The position numbers and the translations under genes are program-made. Shown one piece after another: positions 1 through 13,203 of a DNA stretch of 64,000 nt; positions within the stretch are counted from its first letter, which is position 1; the number at the start of each line of letters is the position of its first letter. The stretch is from Moniliella sp. 'wahieum' (taxonomy: Eukaryota). The DNA lies in the NCBI GenBank assembly GCA_003971905.1, contig RSEE01000007.1:496001-560000 (forward strand). The letters run 5' to 3'. Below the pieces are notes generated by a model. It worked only from the letters and a program-made list of their open reading frames with translations. It had not been told where the DNA came from and made no database searches.

Positions 1-1222
1 GTAAGCTCAGATGGTGCCAAGGAGACCGTGAGCATACTGAGAAACGGGCAACACCTGCCGCAGCAACACCCTCAATGCCATCAACAGTACATTATAGAGG
101 GAGGGGCTGATGATCGTTTCTCTGCAACCCCCGAGGATGATGCATGCCGCTTATGCTCAACAAACTCTCGGAAAAGAACGTCACATCCCTTCAAGTCCAG
201 CGGTTTGGAGGTATCAGCTACTGGGAAAGAAGCGCCACTCCCCTTTGTTGGTCTATCCACGGGCCTGTTTTCCGAAGGGGCCGAATCTTTGTTGGAGGAT
301 CTCAAAATCCAACCCGTTCTGTCATCTTCCGATGGAGAGTCCTCCCATCCTCCGGCCCTCAACCCCCTGTGGTTTTAAAGTACCCACCCTCTCATTCTTC
401 AGCTTCTTCTTTCAAGAGAGAGTATCAGGAGTAAGTGTAACCACGACGGTTGAACACAAGTACGTTGTTATATACTGCCTATGAATATAATCACTGCTAC
501 GTTTTGATTGTCATATGTTGAAAACTGTGTGTGTTTTCTCGATGGGTCGACCCCAGGAGAGCCCTACTATGCCTTCTCCCGGTCTTTGTGCCAGCCTGTT
601 GATACGTTGATAGACCATTCGATGTCAGAGATCAGCCAAATTGCAGCAATACTTACTGAAGTGGCAACAACATATCAGAGCAACTTGTGGAGAAGAAAAC
701 AAAAAAATAAAAATGACCCCTACCGACGATTTGAACGGATGACCTTGAGGATACCAAGAGCTGGAATCTCACGCGCTACCGCTGCGCCAAGAGGCCTTCA
801 CATCGATCGTTATTACAAAAAGAACTTGTCTCATTGCTGTCCATCTCGGCCCTTCCCTGAAATCGGGCGTCTGCTGGAGCCGCTTGAGCAACATGTCTGG
901 TGAGTAGGAAAAAATATCTGGCCCAGCTCTGCTATAGGGTGACGAGAAAGAGTGTTCCCACACAATTCGCCTCCCTTCTGTCTGCCTCCGCGTTCGAAAT
1001 CAAACCAATGTGTTACCGGCCGAGCGCTTTCCGTATTATGTACCTGAATCCTGCACGCTAGTAGGCCTGGCCGAAAGGGGGATTGGGGGGGGGGGCAAAG
1101 CGTCCACGCGTCGCAGAGACAAGCTACAACATGAGCAACGAGTGAGAGTTGAGATAAACAGCCACGGAGGGCGAGATGGCCCAAACGAGCAGGAAAAGGG
1201 GTGCTTTGTTTTGTCCCTCTGA

Positions 1223-4200
1223 TCAGACAATGGTACGATTGATGTGGGTGGTAGTAGCGAGGCAGAAACGCAGTCCAGCTTCATAGGTCCAGTCCGATGC
1301 TGGCCACATACGTTTCCTGTGCCCGCACGCTCTCACCACACCGGGCCCGTGTGGCCTGGAGGTAATCCAGCAATGCAGGCAAAGCTTCAGGCCGAAGGGC
1401 CAGGTCGGTGCTGGGTTCAACAGCGCCCAGGCTCAGATCCAATCCCAGGTCCAAGCTTGCTTCCAGCGCCGAGGCCGCTTTGGCTTCCTGCATGCCCGCC
1501 GCCCCGGCCCCGGCACCAGCTGGGGAGGACACCACACGACGATACATGGCCGCCGGCGGGCTGAGCGGGATGTTCCGTCGCTCTTCCTTCCTCTTGGGCA
1601 GCGCAGAGGGTGGACCCACTCCCCCGCTGGCGTGGAGACTGAACGCTGCATTACCATGGCACCATGGGTGGGCGGGACAGCCAGGACCCTTGGGCCAACA
1701 GGCGGGGATAGGGCTAAGGGTAGGTTCGAGGTGGAGGTGGAGGTGACGCTCAAGGTGCTGGCGGTAGTGCGGACCGAGCCGGTCCATGCGGGGTCGAGGT
1801 CCGGCTCTCGGGAGGGTGCACCCGTGACGCGAACTGATGCAGTGGTGGGCGTGCGGGAGAGTGAAAGGAGGAGTGAAGTGTGGTGTGGGCGAGATGCCGA
1901 AGCTGAGGGGGAGCGGGACTGACGCGAATGGGTCCGAACCAGTCCGGGATGAGAAGAAGAAGCGGGGTCGGGATGGTGCGAAGGAGACATGGCATGCATG
2001 AGAGCAAGCAATCGGCGGCGCGTACTGTGGCAGGCCGGCGTAAGGTCTGGGGTGAGGGTATGTTGGCGGACGGCGAGGCGAGCATCCCACTGGCCCCATC
2101 ACCGATTACGGTAGCAGAGGGGACGGGTGGTACGGCCGGCATGGACAGGGGGCCTTGCCCTTACTTTTCCCTCCCTTGACTTTACCGATCCACATGGATT
2201 CTTGCTCTTTCCCCCCTTCGCGAGGGTTAGGTCGGCGCAGTCGGGATAGTGGATTGGCTGGGGTTGAGGTCGACGTGTGGGTAAAGGAGAGGGAAAGACG
2301 AGCTTGGGCGCGACGTTTGTCCAATCCCTTGGCGCGCGGGGTGGCCATGTCCAACTCCATCTCCTTGTCCCGCGCTTCCCCTTCCTCCTGCTCCTCCTCA
2401 TGCTTCGGGCCCCAGTCATTGCTTGTGCTCGTGCCCGTCCGCGTGCTCGAGGGCCGGACCCCACTCATTGAAATGGATTCCCGGGCCAAATCGGCCGACT
2501 GAGCACGCATGTGCGGCCTCCTCCGTCGCGGCTTAGTCGGAGTCAGTTCCCCGGCAACCAATGCGACCGTACCGAGCTCCCACTTCCGCCCCATTCCATG
2601 CGGGTAGACGAGGTTGAGAGCACCCGTTGCCGCAGTGACGCCCACGAGGAAGGGCGAGGACGACGGCGGGTCACAGATGACGGTTCCGATTCCAGTTCCG
2701 GATGTGCAGGAAACGGAGGCCCAGCAGGTACAGGGGCAGGCGCCCACGGTTGTGTCGTCGTCCTCGTCGGCGAGGCTGGTGGAGGTAGGGGTAGCGATGC
2801 CATGGGGCGCCGGGGTGACGGAGTGGGGGAGGGCAGGGCGGAGCTGGATCCGCTACTGGCTGTTGGAGGGGGAGGGGCGGGGCCGACCCAGGGGGTAAAA
2901 AGCGGGTCCCCGGGTGTGCTTGCAGCGGGGGTAAAGTAATCCTTGTGGTCGTCCGAAGTGAGAACGGAGGAGACAGAAGGGGAAGCGACCGCGTGCCTAG
3001 TCTGGACACATGAGCTGCGACGCGTCCGCGTCTGCGGTTCAACTCGCTCTCCGCCTCCTGAGGTCATCGCCATTCCCAGGCCCAGGCCTGCCAGCGACCC
3101 ACGGCGGGGACCCGTACCACTCGACCCACGACGCGGATCGGTCCCATGACCGCTACCGCTAGCACTCCCGCTGCCACTCCCGCTTGCAGGATGGAAGAGG
3201 GAGCGTCGTGATCCACCTCGTCCTGTGCCAAGAGTGCGAAGACGAGGGGACGTGTGGTGGAGCGGGCTAGATTGGTGCCACGGACCGTTGGCATCGGTAT
3301 TGGACAGACGAAGGTCGGTGGCCGAGGCGGCTGAGGCGGTTGAGCCGCGGGTCAGGCTGGAAGTAGGCGTTGGGGCGGATGCCTTTTCTTCCGTTGCTGG
3401 CACAGCCGGCAATTTGCTCGCATCGTCACCGGTCCGATGAGCGGGCGAGTACCACTCTGGCGTCCAGAATTGCAAGCCAGCGTGCTTCCGTCCACCGGCT
3501 CTAGGCGTAGTAACGGCGGATCCCTTAGAAGGAGAAGGCTCCACCTGGGCCGAATCCCGCTCTCCCCTCCTTTCCCCTTGTCCTACTTCCATGCCCTCGA
3601 GGGGCGGCAAACTCGGGATAGGGGGGGCGTCGGTGGCGGTGTTGGGGATCCACGGCTTCCAACTTGGTGGTTCACTGGGCGCAGCGCCGTCCAATTTTTT
3701 TCATTCCGCGCCCGGGGTGGAGAGGTGTGCCGGTGGGACTGAGACTTGCTTCCAACTGGACCTGGGACGTGAAAGAGTGGGAGAGGCGTTGGGCATGAAG
3801 AGAGGGAGGGGTATTATGAGAGAGCAGACGGTTGCGGACCGCACTGGCCGTGTTAGGCATAACATGACGTGGTCCTGGCGAAAGGGAAAGCGTCTTGAAT
3901 GCTCTCCAAGCATTGACGAACGGGGTGGAGACGCTCGAACGGCGCCGACTAGGTGTTGTAGGCTCTGCCATCGCCCCGGGGAAGGATGGGGTGAGGCAGG
4001 CCCATGGCGTGCGGGGGCAGGCTGAGAGTAACGGGGGCGGCGTACTAGACCCGAACGAAGGGTCCACAGGTTCTTGTCCCTGGTTCCACGCTGGTAACAG
4101 TGGGTGGAGGAGGCGGGGGGGTAGTCTACGGGGTGAGGGGGGGGAGAGAGAGAGCGGGTGAGGTGGTAAGTGGGAGGGGTGATCCGTGCCTTGTGTAGCG

Positions 4201-6200
4201 GCAAACGCGACGAGGCTGTGGAGATGGCACGGGATCGGCGTCCTGAGGCGGTGGCGCGACGCTGGGCTGAAGTTGGTGGGGGAGCATTCGGGTCGGGGTG
4301 GACACCCGACAAGAGCGCACTGAGGATTGCTCGGGTCCTGACGCTGGACAACGTCGAATAAGAGCCAGCAAGATGCGTAGAAGAAAACTGTGCTCCCCGG
4401 TGAAGCAGGATGTTGCGGATCCCGTTCGCAATGGAGCTCAGCCGAGCCATTCGTGGCTCTAGGCCGTAACGAGTCTCGTCTAGGCGTCAATCCTTCTACC
4501 CGGGTCCCAGGACTCTCATTAAACATGCGCAACTTCACATTGCTGAACCCAGGGTATGAGATGTCGTTCCACGTGAGCCCTGCCCTTTCCCAGGTCAGAG
4601 ATGGAGCCGGACGAAGATGTGCGGAACGGGGTGGGTTCTAATGCGCAGAGTCCTGCCGGGGCTGTTCTGGACGAGATGATGGGCGCCGGAGGCAGTAAGG
4701 GCGAGGGTTGGCTCACATGAACTGGTACGGGTAAGGGGACTGATATGGGTGCACCAACTACAGCACTGTGGCTGCTGTTGCTGCTTCCCTGGGGTTCGGG
4801 GGCTCCATCGGCCAAAGCAAGAAGGACAGCGGCACATCCCACCAACCTTGTCATCAGGAGGTGCACCAGGAACGCCACTTCGGGTACAATGGCAGCCAAG
4901 CGTACGTGTTTGTCATGGAGCTTCCTAAGTTCTGGAGAGCAGGCAAGAAAAAAGTGTTAGGAGATAGCGTCCTAAGGGCGAACAGGTATATGAAGGGAGA
5001 GAACGCACCAACGATGCCCAGCAGCAAATTGCTTGAAACATATTGTCAGTGCGCAAGCCAACCTGGGCGGCGCGAATGTGAGCGGGTATTGCAAGTCCGA
5101 GCTGGTGTGAGAGGAGGACGATGACGAGGAAGAAGATGATGTCGAAGCATATAATGGGCTGGGAAGATGGACCGACGAGCGTGACTGGGAGCAAAGTGTG
5201 GCGGCCTCTGGGAGTTGTGTTGTGGAGGCGAGGTATGAGCAGCACAACCTGGATGAGGGTGGGATCGAGATGGCGGGCTGGAAGGGACGGACGAGTTGGG
5301 AGGTATTTGGTGGGTGGGGAAGGAGAGTGAGTGATGGCGACGGCAACGAGGGAGAGGGGGTAGGGTAGATGGCAAAGGGCAAAGGCAAGGGTAGAGGATA
5401 TGGCGATGACGATGGGCATGTAAGGCGGAGAGCTGGCACCGGCACGCGGCCGAGGCAGAGTGGAATCCGTATCAGCCAAGCACCGGGAAGGATGGGGGTG
5501 GCCGTGCGACCGAGGTCGAGTTGTAGGGGGCAGCCGCTGCCGCTGCCGCCGCCGCCGCCGCAGCGCTCGAGGCCGAGAGCCAGGAAAGTCGGACGAGGTG
5601 CGGTGGTGGGCGGCAGGGATGGCATCGGGGGAAGGGGTGGCAAGGACGAGGGGCCGAGCATCGAACTCAAAGTCGGCGTCCCACTCGTCAGGGGTGTCAT
5701 GGACCAGGTTCAGGTTGCCGAGGTCGATGGCGGAGGAGCTGGGGTTTGCTGGGGGGCGCCATGGCTGCATGACCAGGGCCTGGTTAGGGAGCCGCCCACC
5801 GGGCCGTCGAGGGGGGCGTGAGGAGGGGCGAGGGGGGTCTGGTGGTCTGGTGGAGGCGGAGGAGGCGGAGGAGGCGGCGGGGGAAGCGGCGCATCCGGCG
5901 ATCTTCGAGGCTCTTCCCGCCCTCGAGCGCCTGCCGTGCTCCCTGCGTCGGCCAGTACACTGCCGCCGCTCCGTCCTCGCGCGTCCAGATCATGTCGGTG
6001 GCGCAGCTGACGTAAGCATCCCCACGCCTCTGTCCCGTGCCCCTGGTCTGTCTCACTGCTGCCGCTGGTGCCGGTGCGGCCCGTCGCGTCGCATCCATCT
6101 CGTCTTCGGCTGCCTTCTCCCCCCAAGGTCGCGCCTCGCCACCAAGGCCCGTTGCTGGGGACATCACGGCTGTGGGCACGATGCCGCCACTCCGCCCGAC
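1223..6200 (-). CDS. Hypothetical large Ser/Pro-rich low-complexity protein; boundaries approximate, split by indels
   Basis: Chain of long minus-strand ORFs (5710-6126, 4925-5770, 4519-4899, 2543-3694, 2106-2747) with protein-like segments such as DTPDEWDADFEF and AAIVPEVAFLVHLLMTRLVGCAAVLLALADG; no domain recognised. Confidence 0.4.
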
Positions 6201-8089
6201 GTGGCCCCGAGCACGGCCGGTGTGGCTTGGCGACGAGAGGTCGTCGACTGCCATATATGTGGCGTTTTTAATTGAAAAAATATATAGGCGCCGCAGCTAT
6301 CCCCACTATTACTACACGAGACGATGACTATACTGGCCATCGACGGCAAAGTCACGAATCCCACAAATGGTCCCATCCACCCGACCAGATCAAGTGTCGG
6401 CGCCTAGACACTGGCAAACACGTTGTTTTCGTTAGCTGGTGATCCATGCCAAGACAGCGTTTATGTATCTGCGCCACAGCACCCATACCTGTGTGTTGCA
6501 TACTTTTTTGGTTATGATTGTTTGGGGTGTGTGGAACGTTTTGTTGACTATGCATCCCCACGGCAATTTGACCTTTCTCCGGGCGGCGAAGGGAAAGTCA
6601 TCCGAACAGCGTTCCCAGTTTGCCCCAGCGGATGTACTGGACACTGCGTCCGTCGATGCACTGGGTTCGAACACGGCTCATCTGGGGCGGGATAATGTTA
6701 GTCGATCTCAAAAGTTCGAAAGAATGTGGGACTCTCTTCCCTGTATACTGTGGAGAAGGGCAACCGAGTAGGATTCCCCATCGTATGCATCACACTCTTC
6801 TCCGCATGTCGCGGGGCGACCATTAAGTCGCCTTGCACAGCCATCTCTACTCCATTTTTACCGTCGCTCTCGCTTCTCGGCTTCTCTCCCTATATCATTA
6901 CTCGAGTTTTCTATGTTTCGCTGTCGTGACTCGGATTCTCGGTCTATCTACAAATCCCACAATCTTCTCTTCTTCGCTCGCGCTCGTCTAAAAATCCAAA
7001 ATACTGCCCATGGTTTCGACTCGGTTTCTCGCCTGGTCTGTCACCTCGTTCCTCTCGTGCTTTTGGTCCTTACTTCTTCCCCTTCATTCGTTTCCCTTTT
7101 TTGCTGTAGACCTGTTGATCTTTCCTTTGTTTCCCTTCTCTTCTATGAAACCTATCTGTTCTTAGATCCAATTGTGATGGCCCAAGCCACCCACCATTCT
7201 TTTCCCCTCACCCCCGTCTTCTATAGGCAAAAACTCCATTCTAGAAGAATTAACTGTTCGGCCAGTTCGCTTGCCCTACCTCGCCCATCGCAGCTCTCCG
7301 CCTTCTCACCCAGCCCCTAACGTGCAACCTCCTTGCAGACACTGCCTGGATCTGCCCGACGAACAGTAAGCACTAAAGCACTACTCGCGACCCTCCTACG
7401 TTCACACCAACAGTGTTCCTTGGAGTTTGTATATATGAAACGCGTTCAGTCCTCCGCGAGCATTGTCTTTGAGCCAGGGTGGGCTGTTAGCGCGGCATGC
7501 TCCACAGCACTTTGTCGCCCTGTCCGAGCTGCGCGCCTCCACAGTCACTAGTCACTCCAGACGGGCGTGCGGAATGTGTGTATGATGGTTCGTGCCGGCG
7601 GCGACGTTTTGGTTTTTAAACGCGTCGGTGCCGGTTGTGCCGATGATGCGGGTTGTTCCAGGGCAGGGTTCTGACAGGTTCTGATGGCAGGGGAGAGGAA
7701 AGCCTGGGCTCCCCACCATGCCGCCCGACTGTCGGGTTCCGATATGCTCTACGTTACACGGATCCTCCCGAGCCGCGCAAGTTCATTTTGTGATGGGAGG
7801 TGGCGGGCCGCATCACTGACAATACTACTCTTCAAGCTTCATCTTGCTTTATAGCATGAGGTTAGCGACCTGTGTGACCTGAACACATTGAGAATCTCGA
7901 TACCAAACAAGCTTGGATTGGCACTAGCTCCTCGATTATATTTAGTCCTATAGTTCAGAGCGTATTTGGCGCATGGTCTCCCTGTTGTGCCTCGATGCCT
8001 GTGGCATCCTCTTCACCATCAGGACGACCACTGCGTTTCCCCTTTCACGGTTTCTCTCGCCCGTTGCATCTAATCGCCCGGCTGGACTT

Positions 8090-10090
8090 TATTGCCTGAG
8101 CGTGCCTGAGGCCTCACCTGAGCGCCTAAGCGCTGAGGCTCAGCCGCTCACATCTCCACGTATTTCACTGTCACATGTCACACCGCTTGCTGTTTGGGTC
8201 ATTGTGGGTGTGCTTCTCAACGTTCAACACGTTCAACTGGCGAGTAAGGTATTGACGCGCGACGACCGCGAGCCTTGTTTGCTTGGTGATATATGTGAGA
8301 TAGACCGTAGTAACCGGTAACCTAGGAGGACTGTTGTCCCTTGGCTTCAACGCTGCAACTCTGGAACATCTAGTTGAGGCTGCTGAGGCGTTTGAGGCGC
8401 TGAGGCGAAAACATCTATTGCCACATGTTAACAGTACCTGAATGGCCTGGGTGGTGACCGGTGACCGGTGACCAGGGACATGTGAAATGCAGGTGGCAAC
8501 TTGGCGTGCGGCTACCGGTGAAACCACCGGTCATCGATTCATCGATCGTCGATCACCGATCGTCATGCGTCATGCGTCATGCATCAACGGCAATTCCAAG
8601 CACCGAATGTTGCATAGTCACCGGTCATTGATCTGATCGATGATCATATTGGATTTGGTCAACTACATAAGGCCCAAGGCCCTAAGCCTAAGGGCGTAAG
8701 GGGCCTCAGGCCTCAAGGCCTCAAGCCACCAACCCAGCTAGCTGCTACTGCTGCTACTGCAGGTTTTTCCGAAGATACTAATGGTCAGCTAGACACGAGC
8801 CACTGCTACTAGTCACTCAGTACTCACTATAGTCACTAGTCACTGTCATATGTCGCATGTCACTAGTCACTAGTCACTAGCCACTAGGTACTTTTAGTCA
8901 CTGACAAGTCGCTATATATAAAGACAGACCCCTATGCTATTACAGGTTGAACGTGTTAGGGCGATGCCCCAATCACGCCATCCTGCGTGATAGACATCAC
9001 CCTTCTTATCCGCCCGGACGCTTCCTCAGCTCCCGGTGCCCTCGACAACACCCTTCTCATATCATAGTCTCATGTACCTCTCCCTCAGAACCACATCTCC
9101 TCCATTCTCCTTCTCGTTCAACTTGAACAGAGCGTTGAACTTGAACATTGAACGTGAATGTTGAACGTGGAGCGGTCGAGGCCTATTAAAGCCTAACCGG
9201 TAACCTTAGGCTATGCAACTGGGCAGGGACATCAACTTGAGACGATTGGAAGCGGGTGAAGTGGTCGGAAGGGAGGAGGATGCCTCAGGCCTCATATCTG
9301 ATCTCAGAGATCTCAGCGTTCAACGCGTTCAACAGATGTCAGAATCTATATTGTAACCGTATCATTGACAGAGCTTAAGGCTGGGACAAAGAAACGCTGC
9401 GCCTGAACCGACCGTTCATCGGAACCTATATTGCGAAATGCTCGGATGCATGATCGATGGTCAATGATATAATATATATAATGATAGATGGTCGAGGCAC
9501 CAACGCCTCAATGGTCTCAGGCCCAAATGAGAGTGGCGCAGTGGGGCGCTGTTCGTGCGGCGGACGCAGCGCAGGGCTCCACTGTACGTAATTGAGAAAC
9601 GCCACAGCGCCTGTCGGCTAAATGGGCACGGCAGCCCACGGCACCATCCGTCTAAGATCTAATAAGCTCACGAGCTTAACGTTTAACACGTTTAACAACG
9701 ATGTGGCGGCCGATTGCGGCCTATTGCGGCCCGAACAACAGAGTAGCCAGTGCTCACCCAGTCGAGTCGCTAGCGCCTGGTCACTAGGTCACTAGCACTA
9801 GTCACTGGCTAGTCCCTGGGAGCTAGGAACCAGTACCGAGTAAGCTGGTTCAACTAGTAGCTAGTCACTTGCCACTGGTCACTGGCTCTCTGCTACTGGC
9901 TCGTCGCTATCATACCACCCGTCACCGTCACCAGCCAAACACGCCAGTCAATATCAATATCAACGCCAATATCAAGCCAGAGCCAGCCCTGGCTGACCGG
10001 TGGTCATCGATCACACATCTGCCCCTTGTACGTACCCAAGCCAACCTCAGGCTTCAGGCCGGCCTCATCCATTGTCATCGATCATCCCTT
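8090..10090. repeat. Intergenic cluster of 7-bp-period TSA+palindrome arrays
   Basis: tcacatgtca 8171; (tgaccgg)x2-tgacc 8455-8473; tcaggcctca 8706 and 9285; (tcactag)x3-ccactag 8860-8887; taaccggtaa twice; gttcaac/gttgaac runs. Lies between two apparently divergent genes. Confidence 0.8.
9352..9420 (+). repeat. About 70-bp dispersed repeat, probably a decayed LTR end, copy 1
   Basis: Shares ttgacaga..gagcttaaggctgggacaaagaaacgct..gcct.aac..ccgttcatc with 33072-33142; both copies begin with TG. Confidence 0.65.
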
Positions 10091-10611
10091 CCACGTGTGA
10101 CGGCGATATGTGCTTGTGCGACACTGATATCGGTTGTTCTTCCCCACCAGTCCAGCATCCCTCTTCCTTCCTCGTCCCCCTCGCCCTTCCCCGCTACCGC
10201 CCGGGCCTTCCATCTCATCGCGCAGCCTGAGCGCACCGCCTACCTTTCTTCATGTCGCCGTCCTCCACCAGTGTTGCCGCTCCGCCCCCTCCCCGCCCCG
10301 CACTCGGCCCATCCGCGCCTTCCAGCACACCGCTCCTCCATTACCATTGGCCTGCTCTCCTCTCACACCCGCCCCCGCCACCTCGCCCCAACAGACACAT
10401 GCGCTCCTCAGGCAGTCGTCGGACCATGGCCCGCTTCTGCCCGCCTCTCACCCCGCCCGGGCCCACGGCCAGCAACGGCAAGGAAGAGAAGAGGACAGTT
10501 TTGCCACCCATCTCCGATCCTGCCGCCCTTCCCATTCCCACACACACTGATCCGCCCGCTCTGCTGGGGGGTTTTGCAAGTCTGTGCCTCGCTCCGGACC
10601 GCGACATTGCG

Positions 10612-12406
10612 ATGCTCGACGTGAACATCATGGACGACGCCTTACCGGATAACCCACCAGTCTGCCCCCTCCCCCAGCTTGCCTTTCACGTGCCCTCCGC
10701 CACCGCCCAATCCCGAGGAAGAAGATGCCAGTCCTTGGGTAGCTGAACAGGGAAGTGTTGCCTCTCCTTTATCCCACCACACTCTCCGTGCACGCTGCCA
10801 CCGCCCTCGCCTCCGCCCTCACCTCCCATGTCGACACGTTGTCAAGCCTCGGTCTCCCCCTCGATCCAGATGGATGGTGCATCAGTTCCTGGTGCTGGAG
10901 TCGGGCTTGGCTGCCTGGATGGTGGCCCATCCGTCGGAAAACCAGGCCTGGACCCTTTGTTTCCCGCTCTGCGACCCAGACGTGGCCGCTGCCCCGGTGG
11001 TCCTTGTCCACGCTCCATGGCCACGGACATTGCACCCTTTCTGTCAGCCTCACATGGCCACCTTGCGGTGGCTGGGGGCGCAGCAACCTGATCAATCTGT
11101 GTGTTTGACCAATACCGCCGCCTCTCCGCGCCGCGTGTCCCTGCCCCCAGCTGGAGGAGCGGGTGGACTGTCAGGGACCAAGCGCGCATTGCGTCTTTTG
11201 ACATCCGTCAGCAACACCCTCTCTTCCTGCGCACTTACCCCTACCGCCAGTCTCCCCATCAGCCTCAGTCCCCGCTCCAGCCGCAGCTCCAGCTTCAGCG
11301 TCGGCACTCATAATGCTCGCAACCCTCGTACCTCATCCACTTCTACCTTTGACAGCTCATCCGTCGCGTGGCTCTTCCCATTTGCATCTTCTTCCACACC
11401 ACGGCTGCACCCTCCACTACCCCTCACGAACAGAAACCGCGCCGAGACAAACTCAAGTCACGCTTTGGCCTGCGCAGACCCACGCTGAATCAGGCATGGC
11501 TTCCGAACTCTGCCATGCTTCGTACAGAGAGGCTGCGGAGAGCGGGTCGATCGACGCTGCGTCACCAATGACCCCGACCAGTCCGCCCATGGTACACGCC
11601 TTTTCTGCCCCCTGGACCCAACCCACGCGCCTTACATGCCCGGGGTCCCTCGAAGATGGACTGAAGAGTGTGAATGCGGTGGACTCCTCCTTCACGACTG
11701 CATGCCCGATCCGGCTGCCTCTCTCAATCCAGGCCGAAGGTGAAAGGGAAGGCAAGACAGGACAGTACAGTTGCGACAGTTCTTCCTCCCTGGGGGTAGA
11801 TAAGGACAACAAGGCCAATCCATCAGGGAAACCAGCATCTTCTGCTCCAGCTGCAACACTAGCGACGCTCCCCCCCCCCTTTTCTTGCACTCGTCAGAAA
11901 GCAGCGGGTCCCTGAACCATGACGTGGAGACGGAGGCAGAGACCGAACCAAGAACTGCTGAGCCGCTCCTGAGCTATAAAACCTCTCCCTCTGACCTGAC
12001 ACTACTCTCCCCCTGTGTCAGCACCAGCGAGGACCAAGGCGCAAACGCAGACCTAAGCGCAAGTGTACCCATACTCCCAACGCCAAACTCGAACTTGGAC
12101 GATGCCCCGTTCCGCATGATCCTCCCCTCGCTGCTGGGGGACGGTAGGTCGGTGCACATCTGCTTTAGTCTATTTGGGTCGTTGGAGGAGGACAGCGACA
12201 AAGTCGCGTTCCGCATTACTGCGCGCGAGAAGAAGAAATGGCCTTTCCGTGGTGCTGGGGGTGGGCGAGCGCGGGAAGCGGATCGTACTAGAGTTGTACC
12301 CGATGGCTGGAGCGCATGGGGGGCAGTCTGCCCCCAACTCCCGGTGCCAGTGCCCTCTGGGCCACCACTATTGTGTCGGCTGCGATGGTGTTGCCTTGGT
12401 GCTTAA
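10612..12406 (+). CDS. Hypothetical protein, frameshifted in this assembly
   Basis: Consecutive plus-strand ORFs (MLDVNIMDDALPDNPP...; 11885-12406 ...DDAPFRMILPSLLGDGRSVHICFSLFGSLEEDSDKVAFRITAREKKKWPF); no family recognised. Confidence 0.4.
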
Positions 12407-13203
12407 CTATGTCGCATGATGTATTTGTATTTTCTCATCTGTCTTCCCTTTCCACACGTTCAACTCGCATCAAACAAACATGCAACAATCAGTCTTCTCA
12501 TGACAGAGTAGTTCGAGCAGCAGAGACGTCACTCGTCCTAGAGGCGAGAGCCCACATGCTACCTTTGCTCCCTCTTCCCTAGTAAGTCTCTTCGTCCATA
12601 CGGGCGGTCCCGCACATCAGGCGAAGAGAGGCAATTTTTAGCGTGCATCCGCAGTATAAAGAGGAGAACTAAAGAGGGAGGTACTAAGTAGTATATCAAA
12701 AGCAAACATTGTTCCTTCTTTCACAGTTTTGCTATAGTCCATAAAACCCTGGCATCAATGAGAGCAGAAGAGGGGGAGAGGAAGAGGTCTATCGCCGCAG
12801 GCAGAGTATAGCCCGATATAACAGAGGCAAGCATAGGCGGTATCATCCAGATCACAAGCCCGGCATACGGTAGAGGGGGGAACATGAACGATGGTACATT
12901 GAATGAACAAGAAGACAAACCATATTTAAACACGTAAGACAGAACAACAGAAAGGAGAAAAAGCAAAAAGATGGTGATGGTATAGAAGTAGGGAGGAGGG
13001 GAGGCGTGGTGGAAGAGTGTCCAGAGAGCAGGGAACAAGGCGCAGTTTGCTTCGCTATACGCCATCACTTTTGACGTTGAAGTTAGTTCACTGCTCGCGT
13101 CGCTCCGATTGAGCTGAGTTAAAACGCTTTGCCCACTCAGCTGCTACCGTCGCCGAAGGAGCGGTAAGGTAGAGTAAATCGTACGTGCGTCATGTAGGCG
13201 CAA

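Noticed and set aside
1..1200. Short ORFs at the window start
   Set aside because: No recognisable domain or consistent frame; cannot be supported as genes.
8090..10090. Dense restriction-site-like hexamers as a synthetic polylinker or vector contamination
   Set aside because: The units are degenerate, tandemly phased and present in many separate spacers, with no vector features.
12721..13068. 115-aa hydrophobic minus-strand ORF
   Set aside because: Hydrophobicity follows from the pyrimidine-rich composition of a likely 3' spacer; no family motif.
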